NCBI GenBank assembly: GCA_025603075.1
Contig: MU626287.1
Coordinates: 62,001-126,000 of the forward strand
DNA: 64,000 bases
DNA from: Neoconidiobolus thromboides FSU 785
Taxonomy: Eukaryota > Fungi > Entomophthoromycota
Reading direction: 5' to 3'
Below, piece after piece: positions 22,399-34,160 of the stretch. The notes below the pieces were generated by a model. It was not told the origin of the DNA, ran no database searches, and worked only from the letters and a program-made list of their open reading frames with translations. The position numbers and the translations under genes are program-made. Each line of letters starts with the position of its first letter. Positions within the stretch are counted from its first letter, which is position 1.

Positions 22399-23742
22399 AT
22401 GCTGCTATTCACTCTTTTATATACTTATTTAATAAATTGTTACTTATGTCATAATACCCATTATAACCATCGAAAGTTACGAACATTAAGTCCCAATAAT
22501 ACGATTGATAAAATCCCCTTAGGCAAACTCCCACGCACTGTCGTATATTGGGGCCAAAATTCATATGGGGCCAGTCATCCCAATGCCCCTACTGAATGGG
22601 AAAAAAGTTTAGGAGAATATTGTGACGATGTTAGTATTGATATGATCATTATATCTTTCCTTTATAATTTTAATATTCACAATGATCAAGCGTTACCAGA
22701 ATTAAATTTAAGTTATCATTGTAATACTACCTTTGTTGAACATCCAAGTTTACTAAAATGTCCAAATATAGAGAAAGATATTATATATTGTCAATCAAAA
22801 AATAAACGAATCTTATTATCTTTAGGTGGAGCAAGTGGTACTTATGGCTTTACTAATTTAAATCAAATTAGTACATTTACAAAAACGATATGGGATTCTT
22901 ATTTAGGAGGAAATGGTAAATATCGACCTTTTGGGAGTGCCATATTAGATGGAATTGATTTAGATATTGAAGGAGGTAGTGATTTAGGGTATGCTGAATT
23001 AGTTCATTCTTTTAGAGAATATTATGTACGTTCAACAAATAAAAGATACATCATTGCAGCAGCCCCACAATGTGTATTTCCTGATGCCTTTCTAGGTAAA
23101 GCTTTTATGCAAGCTCATTTTGATTACATATTTATTCAATTTTATAATAATTATTGTGGAGTGAATAATATGAATCAATTTAATTATGATCAATGGCATC
23201 AATGGGCAATTAAGAATTCAATTAATCCGAATGTGAAGTTGTATTTGGGAGTTCCAGGATCTGTGAATGCAGCTAACCAAGGCTATTTAAACCCAGTCAG
23301 TTTAATTGAGATATTAGACAAATTAAAAAAATACACTTCTTTTGCAGGAGTCATGATTTGGGATGCATCTCAATCGGATAAAAAAATTGGGAATGAATTA
23401 TCCTTTATTAATGTAATTGCTAATCATTTAAAAAATAAGATCTTTTTGAATGATAAGTATGATAACAATAATAACAATACTTACAATAATAATGTTATTA
23501 CACTTAATGAAATGGCTACGGAAACTCAATATAAAAATCAAGCATTAAGTCATTATTTTATCTTAGAAGATCTTGTTAGTAAAATAGAATTGGAAAACAA
23601 TTGTATATCCGATACATTAGCCTGTACTGATACTGGTTATTTAATTTGCCGAACGGGAAATTGGATCTTACAAGAATGTCCTGAAGATATGAAATGTTCA
23701 CCAAAATATTTAAAATTAGGTTATTTTTGTCATCCAAAATAA
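22399..23742 (+). CDS. GH18 class III (Cts1-like) chitinase with C-terminal Cys-rich, CBM19-like module (intronless)
   Basis: VVYWGQN, SLGGA, catalytic LDGIDLDIEG, APQC, IQFYNN, GVMIWD; tail CISDTLAC...C...GNWILQECPEDMKC. Confidence 0.93.
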   Translation: MLLFTLLYTYLINCYLCHNTHYNHRKLRTLSPNNTIDKIPLGKLPRTVVYWGQNSYGASHPNAPTEWEKSLGEYCDDVSIDMIIISFLYNFNIHNDQALPELNLSYHCNTTFVEHPSLLKCPNIEKDIIYCQSKNKRILLSLGGASGTYGFTNLNQISTFTKTIWDSYLGGNGKYRPFGSAILDGIDLDIEGGSDLGYAELVHSFREYYVRSTNKRYIIAAAPQCVFPDAFLGKAFMQAHFDYIFIQFYNNYCGVNNMNQFNYDQWHQWAIKNSINPNVKLYLGVPGSVNAANQGYLNPVSLIEILDKLKKYTSFAGVMIWDASQSDKKIGNELSFINVIANHLKNKIFLNDKYDNNNNNTYNNNVITLNEMATETQYKNQALSHYFILEDLVSKIELENNCISDTLACTDTGYLICRTGNWILQECPEDMKCSPKYLKLGYFCHPK

Positions 23743-23826
23743 AGTTCATTTTAAGGACTATTTTTAAATAAAAATTAATAAACGTTAAAAACTCATAATA
23801 AAAACTAATACAAAAAGGAATATGAT

Positions 23827-23828
23827 AT

Positions 23829-23870
<42 letters not shown>
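23827..23870. repeat. (ATTT)11 microsatellite in the 131-bp gap between convergent stop codons
   Basis: Direct reading of the sequence. Confidence 0.95.
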
Positions 23871-23871
<1 letters not shown>

Positions 23872-23873
23872 GT

Positions 23874-26321
23874 TTATTCTACTCCCATAGGTTTCAAAAT
23901 AGGGTAAGTATCACTACCATAATATTTTTTATTATTTTTCTTGCCCTTCTTATCTCCATCAATATCAAAATTATTGCCATCTTTCAACTTATCCTTACTA
24001 ATCCCACCACTAGGTTCTAAAATTGGAGTAGCAGATTTAGTTGCGGTAGCTTGAGTAATTGGAATATAACGATTATTTTGAGTACTGGTCTGAACATCGG
24101 TTCCAATAGTTGGAGTGGCTTTTGGAATAGTACCAGATACAGAGGTACTGATGGTTTTTTCACTTCCAGAAGTTTGAGATGAAGTATTCTTCTTGATACC
24201 AGTTTCTATATTGGTTTCAATATTAGTGGAAGGTGTAGGAGTAACGAGAGAGTTACAAGTAGCACATATACTTTCTTCACCACTAGTTGTTTGAGTTTGA
24301 GTATTCTTTTTAATACTAGTTTCAACCTTAGTTTCAATACCAGTGGTAGGTGTTGGAGTCACCATAGAAGTTGGAACATTAACGCTTTCTTCACTACCTT
24401 TTGATTGGGTTTGAGTATTCTTTTTAATACTGGTCTCAACATCAGTTTCAACAACCGTTGTAGGTTTTGGAATATAATTAGTAGTACCAGTACCAATAGT
24501 CTGTTCGCCACCAGTTGTTTGAGACTGAGAGTTCTTTTTAATACTGGTTTCGACGTTAGTTTCAACGAGGGTAGTAGGTGTAGGAGTAATTAAAGAACCA
24601 CAAGTAATACATATACTTTCTTCACCACCAGTTGTTTGAGTTTGAGAATTTTTTTTGATGCTTGTTTCAACATTGGTTTCTACAATGGTAGTAGGTGTAG
24701 GTGTAATTAAAGAAGTAACAATACCACCAGTTTGACTACCGGTTGTTGATTGAACCTGAGAATTTGTTTTAACACTAGTCTCAACATTAGTCTCAACAAC
24801 AGTGGTTGGTTTAGGAGTAACTGAAGAGTTACAACTAGTACATATAGTTTCCTCCCCACTGCTACTTTGAGATTGAGAATTTTTCTTAATACTAGTTTCA
24901 ACACTAGTTTCAATTTCAGTAGTGGGTGTTTTACTCGCTGTAACGGTTACAGTTACAGTACCACCATGGGTTTGATTTTCAGTATTCTTCTTAACACTTG
25001 TTTCAACATTCGTCTCAATTCCTGTCTTTGGAGTTTGAGTCACTGTAACTGTAACCGTAGCTAATGTTTGACTGGTGGCTGATCCATTTTCTTTATTATT
25101 ATTTTTGCTAGCATCATTGGAGTTATTACTGCTGTCGTTGGAATTGTTACTTTTGCTGGTGTTAGAGTTACTGTTGCTATTGGAGTTACTGTTATTATTA
25201 CTATTACTATTACTGTTACTATTACTATTGTTATTAGTATTGTTATTAGTATTATTATTAGTATTATTATTAGTATTATTATTAGTATTACTATTACTAT
25301 CATTACTACTATTATTGTTAATATTACTATTAGTATTGTTAGTATTACTATTAGTATTACTATTATTGTTAGTATTACTATTACTATTATTGTTAGTATT
25401 AGTATTACTATTATTGTTAGTATTAGTATTACTATTGTTGTTAGTATTACTATTACTATTATTGTTAGTATTACTATTATTAACATTATTATTATTGTCA
25501 GTAACTACTGTATTAATAACACCGTTATTATTGGTAGTTGTAGTAGTGACACCATTAACAGTATTGCTGTTAGTGCTAATATTATTATTGACACCATTAT
25601 TGTTATTACTAATGGTATTACTACTACTATTAGTAACACCATTATTAGTGATGTTATTGGTATTAGTATTAGTATTGCTATTGTTAACGTTATTATTACT
25701 AGCATTATTATTGTTGAGGTTATTGCTATTATTAACAGTATTACTATTGTTAACATTATTAACATTATTATTGGTCATATTATTAACCATATTTTGGAAA
25801 TCATTATTTGATTGAGCATTATTAACATTATTAGTGTTGGCATTGTTAACATTGTTAACATTGTTAACATTGTTCATATTGTTCATATTGTTCATGTTCA
25901 TATTATTCATGTTCATATTATTCATGTCCATGTTATTCATATTATTAGCATTATTGACATTGTTATTACTGCTACTAGTATTGGCATTATTATTATTAGT
26001 GTTACTATTGCTATTATTAGTATTGTAGTTATTAGTAGAAGAGTTGTCATTATGAGTATCGGAATGCTTTTGGTTTGAGGAGTGAACATCTGTGGAAATA
26101 TTTGATGTACCAGTTTTGGCTTTTTTACCACCTAAAAGACCACCTAATAAATCAGTAATTAAAGACAAGGTTCTTCTTTCAATTGGATGAGATGAATATG
26201 GAGTTGAATCAATCAATGGAGGAGTATCCAGTACTTGTAAGCCAGCTTTCTCCTTGGATATTTCCAACGCTAGGTTGGAATTTAATAATAAAGTTATGGC
26301 GGATAAGGTAGAGAAACGCAT
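23874..26321 (-). CDS. Secreted Asn-rich/Thr-rich repeat protein (putative cell-surface or mucin-like), intronless
   Basis: 815-aa ORF; signal peptide MRFSTLSAITLLL; ~300-aa Asn-rich block; about 9 repeats of ~39 aa (TPTPTTxVETNVETSIKKN), three with CxxC. Confidence 0.85.
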   Translation of the reverse strand: MRFSTLSAITLLLNSNLALEISKEKAGLQVLDTPPLIDSTPYSSHPIERRTLSLITDLLGGLLGGKKAKTGTSNISTDVHSSNQKHSDTHNDNSSTNNYNTNNSNSNTNNNNANTSSSNNNVNNANNMNNMDMNNMNMNNMNMNNMNNMNNVNNVNNVNNANTNNVNNAQSNNDFQNMVNNMTNNNVNNVNNSNTVNNSNNLNNNNASNNNVNNSNTNTNTNNITNNGVTNSSSNTISNNNNGVNNNISTNSNTVNGVTTTTTNNNGVINTVVTDNNNNVNNSNTNNNSNSNTNNNSNTNTNNNSNTNTNNNSNSNTNNNSNTNSNTNNTNSNINNNSSNDSNSNTNNNTNNNTNNNTNNNTNNNSNSNSNSNSNNNSNSNSNSNSNTSKSNNSNDSSNNSNDASKNNNKENGSATSQTLATVTVTVTQTPKTGIETNVETSVKKNTENQTHGGTVTVTVTASKTPTTEIETSVETSIKKNSQSQSSSGEETICTSCNSSVTPKPTTVVETNVETSVKTNSQVQSTTGSQTGGIVTSLITPTPTTIVETNVETSIKKNSQTQTTGGEESICITCGSLITPTPTTLVETNVETSIKKNSQSQTTGGEQTIGTGTTNYIPKPTTVVETDVETSIKKNTQTQSKGSEESVNVPTSMVTPTPTTGIETKVETSIKKNTQTQTTSGEESICATCNSLVTPTPSTNIETNIETGIKKNTSSQTSGSEKTISTSVSGTIPKATPTIGTDVQTSTQNNRYIPITQATATKSATPILEPSGGISKDKLKDGNNFDIDGDKKGKKNNKKYYGSDTYPILKPMGVE

Positions 26322-27538
26322 TTTATTTATTATTAAAAAAAGTATTTAATTTTCCAGAATTAAATTAAAAATATTAAGTTTTTTAAATATGATGTTAAGT
26401 AATTACTAGCGATTTTACTTAATTTTTATACTTTTTCAAACTTTATTAATATCCATTTTTTAATGGCTCTTGTTAACCGCTCAATTTTAATGACACTAAC
26501 TTGAACATGGGTCCAATTTAAATATTTAATATCTAGATCACTTATTTTTTAGTATTTATTAGTTATTTTTCCTCTATTTTATTTAAATTTAATTATTATA
26601 TTATAAATATTAAGATAATCTATTAAACAATTCTAGAATAGATTCAATTAATTATTATATCTATAGATATTAATTTAGTTTACGGCTTGATTAATTAGTA
26701 AATTGTATTTAAATTCATTAAATTCTAAGAATTTCTCGCATTTTGATAATACTAGAAACACCTCTCATCTTATTTTTATTAACGTAATTATTATATTGAA
26801 ACATAACAAAAGGTTTATTTAAAATAAATTTTTACAGCTTTAATTTAATAATTTTAAACTTCAAATGTTATTATATTTAAATTTTGAATTTGGGAATTCT
26901 AAATTTAGTCAGATTAAAATTAAAATTAATAAAGTTGATTTTTTATTAAACTTACTGAAATTAATAGCAAAATTTGTAAGTACTTCAAATTAACTTGTTA
27001 TTAATTTTCATAAATAGTTGCTGGCTTTTGTTTGCTAAAATTCCTGGAAGCCTATTAATTACGATATCATTTTTACAAGAAAAACAAAAATATATTTATA
27101 TGTCATATATCATTGCAATCTTATATTCCTAACTATTTAAATTTGCCCAAAAAATAGGGAATTTTTTGAGTTGAACAATTTTAAAATTCAATAACTCTTA
27201 AAATTTAAAGTTTGACAAAACTAAGGAAATTAAACGTCTTACTAAACATGAATTTGAAGTATATAATAATAGTAAGTTATCAAATATATAATCCAAAAGC
27301 ATTTAGAAATGTCATAATAAAACTGACTCAATTCTCTCATTTTCTATTTCTTTATTAATTAACTTTTACATCCCTTTTCACTAAAAAAGATTCCAATTCC
27401 TCAACTTTTTTTTGCAAATATTAAAACTCGAATTTTTCGAAAACTTTAATCAAAAAATCAATTTCAACTTTCACTCAAATTTTCATTTTACTTTTGTTTT
27501 ACTTCAACCAACCGAAATAGAAAGGAAATAGAGATAAA

Positions 27539-29947
27539 ATGAGTAGCATTAAAGTAAATCAAGCGAATAATATAAAGATCTACACGATCAATGGACAGAG
27601 TAATTCTCGAAGTATGCCAGATTGGCTAAGGAGAAAAAATAGTAAAAAATTAAAGAAGGACGCTGGTAAGTTTTTAAGTTAATCTATATAGTTAATAAAG
27701 AGGAAGGATGAAAAAAAAATAAGGAAATAAAGAATAGAATGGGAACGAACAAGAGAATTAATCATTTTAATTTATAGAATGGAATCGTCGTGTTGAATTG
27801 ATTCAAGAATTTGAGTTTAATGAAGCGTCTTTAAAAGTACGTACAACCCCAGATGGTAAATTTGCTATGGCTACTGGTAAATTATATTTTAAAATACCTC
27901 AATAAGATTTTTTTAATAAAATGATTATTTTTTAGGTGTTTATAAACCCCAAATAAGAGTTTATGAGTTTTCTGAAATGTCATTGAAATTTGAACGACAT
28001 ACAGATGCTGAAAATGTAGAATTTGTGGTAAGTTTTCGAAGTTGGAGAAGTAGAAATTATGATAGGCTTACATTTTTATTTTTATTAGATCTTATCTGAT
28101 GATTGGACAAAATCTGTTCACTTACAAAGTGATAGAAGTATTGAGTTTCATTCCCAAGGCGGTATTCATTATAAAACTAGAATACCTAAAGTAAGTTTGT
28201 TGACAATAATATCAAATAAGCAATACTTAAATTTTATTTTGTATATTAGTTTGGAAGAGATTTAGGTTATCATTTCCCAAGTTGTGATTTATTAGTATGT
28301 GGTGCCTCTTCGGAAGTGTATAGATTAAATTTAGAACAAGGACGCTTCCTCAACCCCATAGAAACTTCTGCTAGTAATGAAAAGGGAATTAATTGTATGG
28401 ATGTTAATCCAGCTCATCAATTATATGGATTTGGTTTTAATGAGAGTAAAATGGAATTTTTTGATCCAAGAAGTAAAAGTAAAGTATCTACTTTGGTACC
28501 TTTATTACCAAATATTTATAAAGATGCGGATGCTACAGTAAATAAACTGAAGTTTGATGAAAGTGGTTTGAATATGGCAGTAGGATTGAATGAAGGGTTA
28601 GTGCTATTATATGATTTAAGAAATCCGAAACCATACTTGGTAAAAGATCATCAGTATAATTTACCAATTAAGAGTATTCAATGGTTAAATAACGATAAGA
28701 TTTGTACTACAGATAGTAAGATTGTAAAGTTATGGGATGCTAAGAGTGTAAGTTGTTATATTGTATTAATAATAAAAACGTTTATTTATTTTTATTCTAT
28801 TAGGGAGACCATTTTACATCTATTGAACCTTTAAATGATATTAATGATTGTTGGGTTGTACCTAACTCAGGGTTAATATTTTTAGCTAATGAAGGTATTC
28901 AAATGCAATCTTATTATATACCAGCTTTGGGTCCAGCTCCTAAATGGTGTAGTTTCTTAGATAATTTAACAGTAATATCTTTTTATGTTAAAAACAATAA
29001 CAGTGATATTTAAATGACTTTATTTTTTAATAGGAAGAATTGGAAGAAAACCCAAGTCAAACAGTTTATGAAGACTTTAAATTTATTACTAGAAAGGAAA
29101 TTAATAGGTAAGAAAAGTTATTAGGTTTTTATGACAGAATATTTAGTTTGATATTTTAGTTTGGGCTTAGATCATTTAATTGGTAGCAAAGTGTTACGTG
29201 CTTATATGCACGGGTTCTTAATTGATTTGAGGTTGTATGAAAAGGTAAATAAGAATAGAGTATAATTAATTAAATTTAGCTTAATTTATGGATATTTTAT
29301 TAGGCCAAATTAATAGCTACACCCTTTGATTATGATCATTATTTGGAAGGTAAAATACGACAAAAAGTGGATGAAGGTAGAAGTACACGTATTCAAGCTA
29401 GTAAAGTATTACCCAAAGTTAATGCTCATTTGGCTAAGAAAATTATTGAAGAATCAAATGTTAAAAAACATAAAGTAAGTTCAGCTACTCTTATCCATTA
29501 TAAGCAATTATTTATTGACTTTATAAACTATAGACCAAATTGTTGGAAGATGAGCGTTTCAAAGAATTATTTAATAATCCCGAATTTGAAGTGGATCAAG
29601 AGGATACTGAATTTCAAATGCTCAATCCAACCACTAAAGTCGTTCCAACTAATAAACAAAAAGATGATGATGAAGAAAGTGAAGAAGAAGGCAAAGGGTC
29701 GGATGATGATTCAAGTGATGAAGATGATCTTTTGGGTTGGAAAAGTAGAAATCATAGACCAGAAGGTAGAGCGGGTCAATTTCATCAAAGGAGAGAAGAA
29801 AATAAAAAGAGTAATAACAGAGGTGATAGTAATGACCGTGGCGGTAGAGGCGGAAGAGGAGGAAGAGGAGGAAGAGGAGGAAGAGGAGGAAGAGGAGGAA
29901 GGGGAGGTAGAGGTAATAGAGGAGGTAGAGGTGGTAAAAGAGATTAG
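27539..29947 (+). CDS. ENP2: Ribosome biogenesis WD40 protein Enp2/NOL10, multi-exon, with RGG tail
   Basis: Spliced motifs MPDWL, RRVELIQEFEF, GVYKPQIRVYE, FERHTDAENV, ILSDDWTKS, YRLNLEQGRFL, LGPAPKWCSFLDNLT, NUC153-like LLEDERFKELF. Confidence 0.92.
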
Positions 29948-30089
29948 ATATTGTCATGAGTTTTATAGAGTTTATTTTAATAAATATATAAGTTATAAAG
30001 TTATAAATTTTCAAAGCATTTTTTGTTTTTTATAGTGATGATAAATAGGAGCTCGTTTGTTTAAGCCAGTAAGAATATTACTTTTAACT

Positions 30090-30602
30090 TCATAATTTTC
30101 GTTTCATATCAGTGATTTTTTTTAGATAGTTCTAAATGAATAATAAAATTAAAACAATTTTTAGGAAATAATAAAGAAATAAAAATAAAAGTACCTTCCT
30201 ACCCCGAATATGTTTAAGTTGTTCTTTTAGACTTTTTTCTGTTTGTTGTTTATTTAATCCAGTACCTACTCGATGAAACAATAATGTACCATCTACTTGT
30301 TTTACTTGGGCCTTTGCGACCTCTGAAGCTTCTGGTTTTTTGGTTTTTACTAATTAGAATCGATATTAGTATCTTCCCTTTTTTGTTCAAAATTGAAAAT
30401 TATTAAAAAAAACTTGATATTACTTACATTCCATTAACTTTTGTTTAATTGAAGCTAATTCGATTGTATTTTTAGTTGTGTTCTCCTTTTTTTCAATAAT
30501 GAAATAGGGGTTTCTTATTAATAAATCTTGGGCTACTGCTAAACCTTCATAATCAGGCAAATCTTGTCGTTTTCTTTTATAGGGAGTTAATGGAGTGGTC
30601 AT
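30090..30602 (-). CDS. Small Lys-rich hypothetical protein (~123 aa, 3 exons)
   Basis: Exons 30602-30428, 30349-30195 and 30131-30090 join in frame through GT-AG introns: MTTPLTPYKRKRQ...LFHRVGTGLNKQQ...KKITDMKRKL*. Confidence 0.6.
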
Positions 30603-31063
30603 AAAGTTACAATTAAAATATTTTTGGAATAAAATTAAAAAAGAAATTTTTTTTGAATTTATATTTTCTTCTAAGATTGAAAAAAATTGGGCTAATTGGT
30701 TTAAATTTTGTATGGCTAAACTTTTGTTAGTGAAAAGTTGATCACTTTTCTTATTTTAGATTTTAATTCAACAATATTATATTCTTATTGACTAATTTAT
30801 AATACTAATATTTTAATATAGTTACAAATGATGGTAATATGATAGTTGAAATACAATGAAATTAATAATAGTAATGTTAAATTATAGTAAACTAAACTAT
30901 ACAATATAAAGTAAAACAAAAATTTTAAGTACGTTTTTTTATAAAATTAAATGATAAACCCTCTATAAATATCTACTAAGTTAAATTGTATTTATAAAAT
31001 ATTGACAGGGTAAAGTCTAATATTTAAAGGAGATGAGGATAAATTATAATTAAAAAATTACAT

Positions 31064-33592
31064 TTATAATTTATCATAGTAGAAATCGAATGGTGGAATT
31101 TCTGGTTTAAGACCTTTACGAAGACGTACTTCGGTTACAGTTTCAAGGGTCTTGGATCCAACATCAAGTGGGGATCCTGGCATTAATTGCCAGTGATCGA
31201 AGACACATTGTGGGAAAGCTTGACCACCAGTGGAAGAACGTAAAGCGGCAGTGAAACCGAAAGATTCTTTAACTGGGAGATAAGCTTTAACAGTGTACAT
31301 TGGGGTACCTGGACGTTGTTCTTCAGCAAATACCATACCACGACGTTTGTTTAAGCATGAGTAAATACCACCAAGAGCTTGTTCTGGGGCTTGGATTTCA
31401 GCAAGGTAAACTGGTTCAAGTAAACCTGGTTTAGCAGCTAAGCAAGAAGCGTACATGACACGACGGCAAGTTGGCATAATTTGACCAGCACCACGATGGA
31501 TAGCATCAGCATGTAAAGTGACATCAAGAATATTGAAACGTACACCACGCATTTCTTCTTCAGCGCAGACACCTTCCTTGGCAGCCCATTGTAAAGCAGC
31601 TACACAAGAATCTTTGATTTCGTTAAGGTATTGAACAGCCTTAGTTTGATCAACTAACAAGTTACATCCGTTAGTATCTGGACCGAAAGCCCAAATCTTA
31701 CGAGCATCAGTGACATCCCAACCATAAGTATCAGCTAAATGACGGGCACGGATCTTGAAATCGTCACGAGGAGTGATTTTACCACTTTCAATTTCATTTA
31801 CAAGCTCAGTATCCATTGGTTCAGCTTTCATGTAAATACGGTTATGCTTGTTTGGAGATTTGGATAAGCAAACTTGGGAGGATTCAACTTGAACAGTTTC
31901 ACGATATTGGACAACTGGGTTACCAATCTTAATTGGTACACCAGCATGATCTTCTTCCAAATCTTTAAGACAAATTTCTAAATGAAGTTCACCAGCACCG
32001 GCAACAATATGTTCTCCGGATTCAGAAGTGAAACATTGGACACATGGATCGGATTTAGATAAACGTTTAAGACCTTCAACTAATTTTGGTAAATCGTTGG
32101 CATTCTTAACTTCAACGGAAAGTCGAACGACTGGAGATACAGAGAATTTCATGACCTTCATGTTATGAGCGGATTCGGAGGTGGTAATGGTACCTGATTT
32201 AAGAAGGAACTGATCAACACCAACAAGACCAATAATGTTACCAGCTGGACAATCCTCAATTGGTTCAATATAACGACCCATCATAAGAACGGTACGTTGG
32301 ATAGACTTAATGAAAAGATCATCTTTTTTACCTGGAACATAGTTTGGACCTTGAATACGTACTTTAAGACCGGAACGGACAGTACCAGAGAAGACACGAC
32401 CGAAAGCGTAGAAACGACCTTTATCGGAAGTTGGTACCATCTTGGAGATGTAAAGCATAAGTGGACCTTTAGAGTCACAGTTCTTGATAGCAGTGCAAGC
32501 TTCATCATCAACTGGACCTTCGTAAAGAGTTTCAGCACGGTATTTTTGAGCAGTGGCTGGGGATGGAAGGTGGATGACTATCATCTCAAGTAAAGCATCA
32601 GCAGCTGGTAAAAATTTACGCATAGCTACTTTGAGGAGGGCTTTACCTTCTAATTCTCTTTCATCAGATTTAAGACTGATTTCAAGTTTAGTTAAAAGTT
32701 CTTCAACTTTATCTTTCTTGAAGTTCATAACGGAATCGAAGATACGGTAGATTGGATCAAGAACGAAAAGATTGAAAGCACGTTCAAGTTGTTTACCATC
32801 AGCATCAGTGGATTTAGTGGTCCATTTCTTGGTTTTTGGATTGAAGTAGTTATCACCCCAAAGACGTTTCATCATCTTTTCCTTATCAACACCAAATTTC
32901 TTGGCATAACGTTCAGCGAATTGACGAAGAGTGAAACCCCAACCGTGGAGACCGGAACCGAAAGCAACAGTTCCTTTTTCTGGGTAAACTTGGCAATCAC
33001 CAAGAACTTCATCAACATAAGTAGCGATAACTACGTTAACGGATTCAATGGTACGATTGAAAGTTTGATAAAGTTCTTCTTTACCAACTTGTAATTCAAG
33101 AAGAGCACGATCAACCTTGTTGATAACAACAACTGGCTTAATCTTTTCTCCTAAAGCTTGACGGAGTACAGTTTCAGTTTGTACGCACACACCATCAATG
33201 GTGTCAACGACAACTAAAGCACCATCAGTGACACGGAGGGCAGCAGTTACTTCAGAGGAGAAATCAACGTGACCGGGGGAATCGATTAAATTGATTAAGA
33301 ACTTGTTGGAAGTACTTTCTTGTTTAACATCTAACATAGCTTGCTCAGAAAGTTCGAAGTACATAGAAATAGCGGTAGATTTAATTGTTACACCACGTTC
33401 TTGTTCATCAGCACGGGTATCAGTATAACGAGCAGTACCAGCATGAGCTGAGGAAATAATACCAGCACGTTGTACAAGGGAATCAGTTAAAGTGGATTTA
33501 CCGTGATCGACGTGAGCAATAACGGACATGTTACGCACATTGCAGGCGGAGTCCATAAGGTCACGGATTTGATCTACTGTGAAATTAACCAT
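31064..33592 (-). CDS. EFT2: Translation elongation factor 2 (intronless)
   Basis: 842 aa; [17 protein letters not shown] GTPase motifs; diphthamide-site segment HADAIHRG; strong codon bias. Confidence 0.99.
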   Translation of the reverse strand: MVNFTVDQIRDLMDSACNVRNMSVIAHVDHGKSTLTDSLVQRAGIISSAHAGTARYTDTRADEQERGVTIKSTAISMYFELSEQAMLDVKQESTSNKFLINLIDSPGHVDFSSEVTAALRVTDGALVVVDTIDGVCVQTETVLRQALGEKIKPVVVINKVDRALLELQVGKEELYQTFNRTIESVNVVIATYVDEVLGDCQVYPEKGTVAFGSGLHGWGFTLRQFAERYAKKFGVDKEKMMKRLWGDNYFNPKTKKWTTKSTDADGKQLERAFNLFVLDPIYRIFDSVMNFKKDKVEELLTKLEISLKSDERELEGKALLKVAMRKFLPAADALLEMIVIHLPSPATAQKYRAETLYEGPVDDEACTAIKNCDSKGPLMLYISKMVPTSDKGRFYAFGRVFSGTVRSGLKVRIQGPNYVPGKKDDLFIKSIQRTVLMMGRYIEPIEDCPAGNIIGLVGVDQFLLKSGTITTSESAHNMKVMKFSVSPVVRLSVEVKNANDLPKLVEGLKRLSKSDPCVQCFTSESGEHIVAGAGELHLEICLKDLEEDHAGVPIKIGNPVVQYRETVQVESSQVCLSKSPNKHNRIYMKAEPMDTELVNEIESGKITPRDDFKIRARHLADTYGWDVTDARKIWAFGPDTNGCNLLVDQTKAVQYLNEIKDSCVAALQWAAKEGVCAEEEMRGVRFNILDVTLHADAIHRGAGQIMPTCRRVMYASCLAAKPGLLEPVYLAEIQAPEQALGGIYSCLNKRRGMVFAEEQRPGTPMYTVKAYLPVKESFGFTAALRSSTGGQAFPQCVFDHWQLMPGSPLDVGSKTLETVTEVRLRKGLKPEIPPFDFYYDKL

Positions 33593-33716
33593 TTTTTATA
33601 GTCTAATGTATATAAAAGAAAAGCAATTAGTATATATCTGCCAAAGTTATCAACGATAATCTAGCAAAGACAAAAAAAATAAAATATTTCAAATGTTTTC
33701 TTATATTAATATAAAT

Positions 33717-34160
33717 AGCCAATGAAACCCGAGCATTTAATTTTACTAATAAACTGGAATAACACATATCCCCAATATTAATTGCGATTGGCTTAGTTGT
33801 CATATTAAATCAGGTTAATAGGTCAGCTCTGCTCATTTATTCCTTTTACTGCCAATCAAATATATCAAAGAGCGAATTCTATATTTCAAAAGTCAAGTAA
33901 AATTCTCAAACTAACAAATGAAAAGTGAATGAACTATATTAAAGTTAAGCGGAGGGCTGTTCTTTGTTAGCTTTAATAATGGGATCTAAGCTCAGAATTT
34001 ATTCCACACCCAAAAATAACCCACAATTCGAATTGATCCACCAATTTTTTTGATAATAAAAATAGATTTATTACAATATCTCAATATATTAATTTTAATA
34101 TATTGTTATAAATTTTTCAAATGATTATATAAATTTTATCATTTTCACCAATCATTACAT
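33717..34160. promoter_or_regulatory. Cluster of CCAAT boxes upstream of EF-2
   Basis: gccaat ~33718, gattggc ~33787, gccaatca ~33851, accaatca ~34149. Similar clusters precede the CCCH gene (~38020-38440) and the PNRC-motif gene (~61330-61890). Confidence 0.45.

Noticed and set aside
24359-26131. Leu/Ile/Val-rich ORFs overlapping the 815-aa gene (for example 25075-25815, 25061-25486)
   Set aside because: Products of AAT/ACT microsatellite-like coding repeats read in other frames, not membrane proteins
29343-30035. 230-aa + ORF with a poly-Glu tail
   Set aside because: Merges one ENP2 exon, an intron and an out-of-frame reading of the GGR repeat
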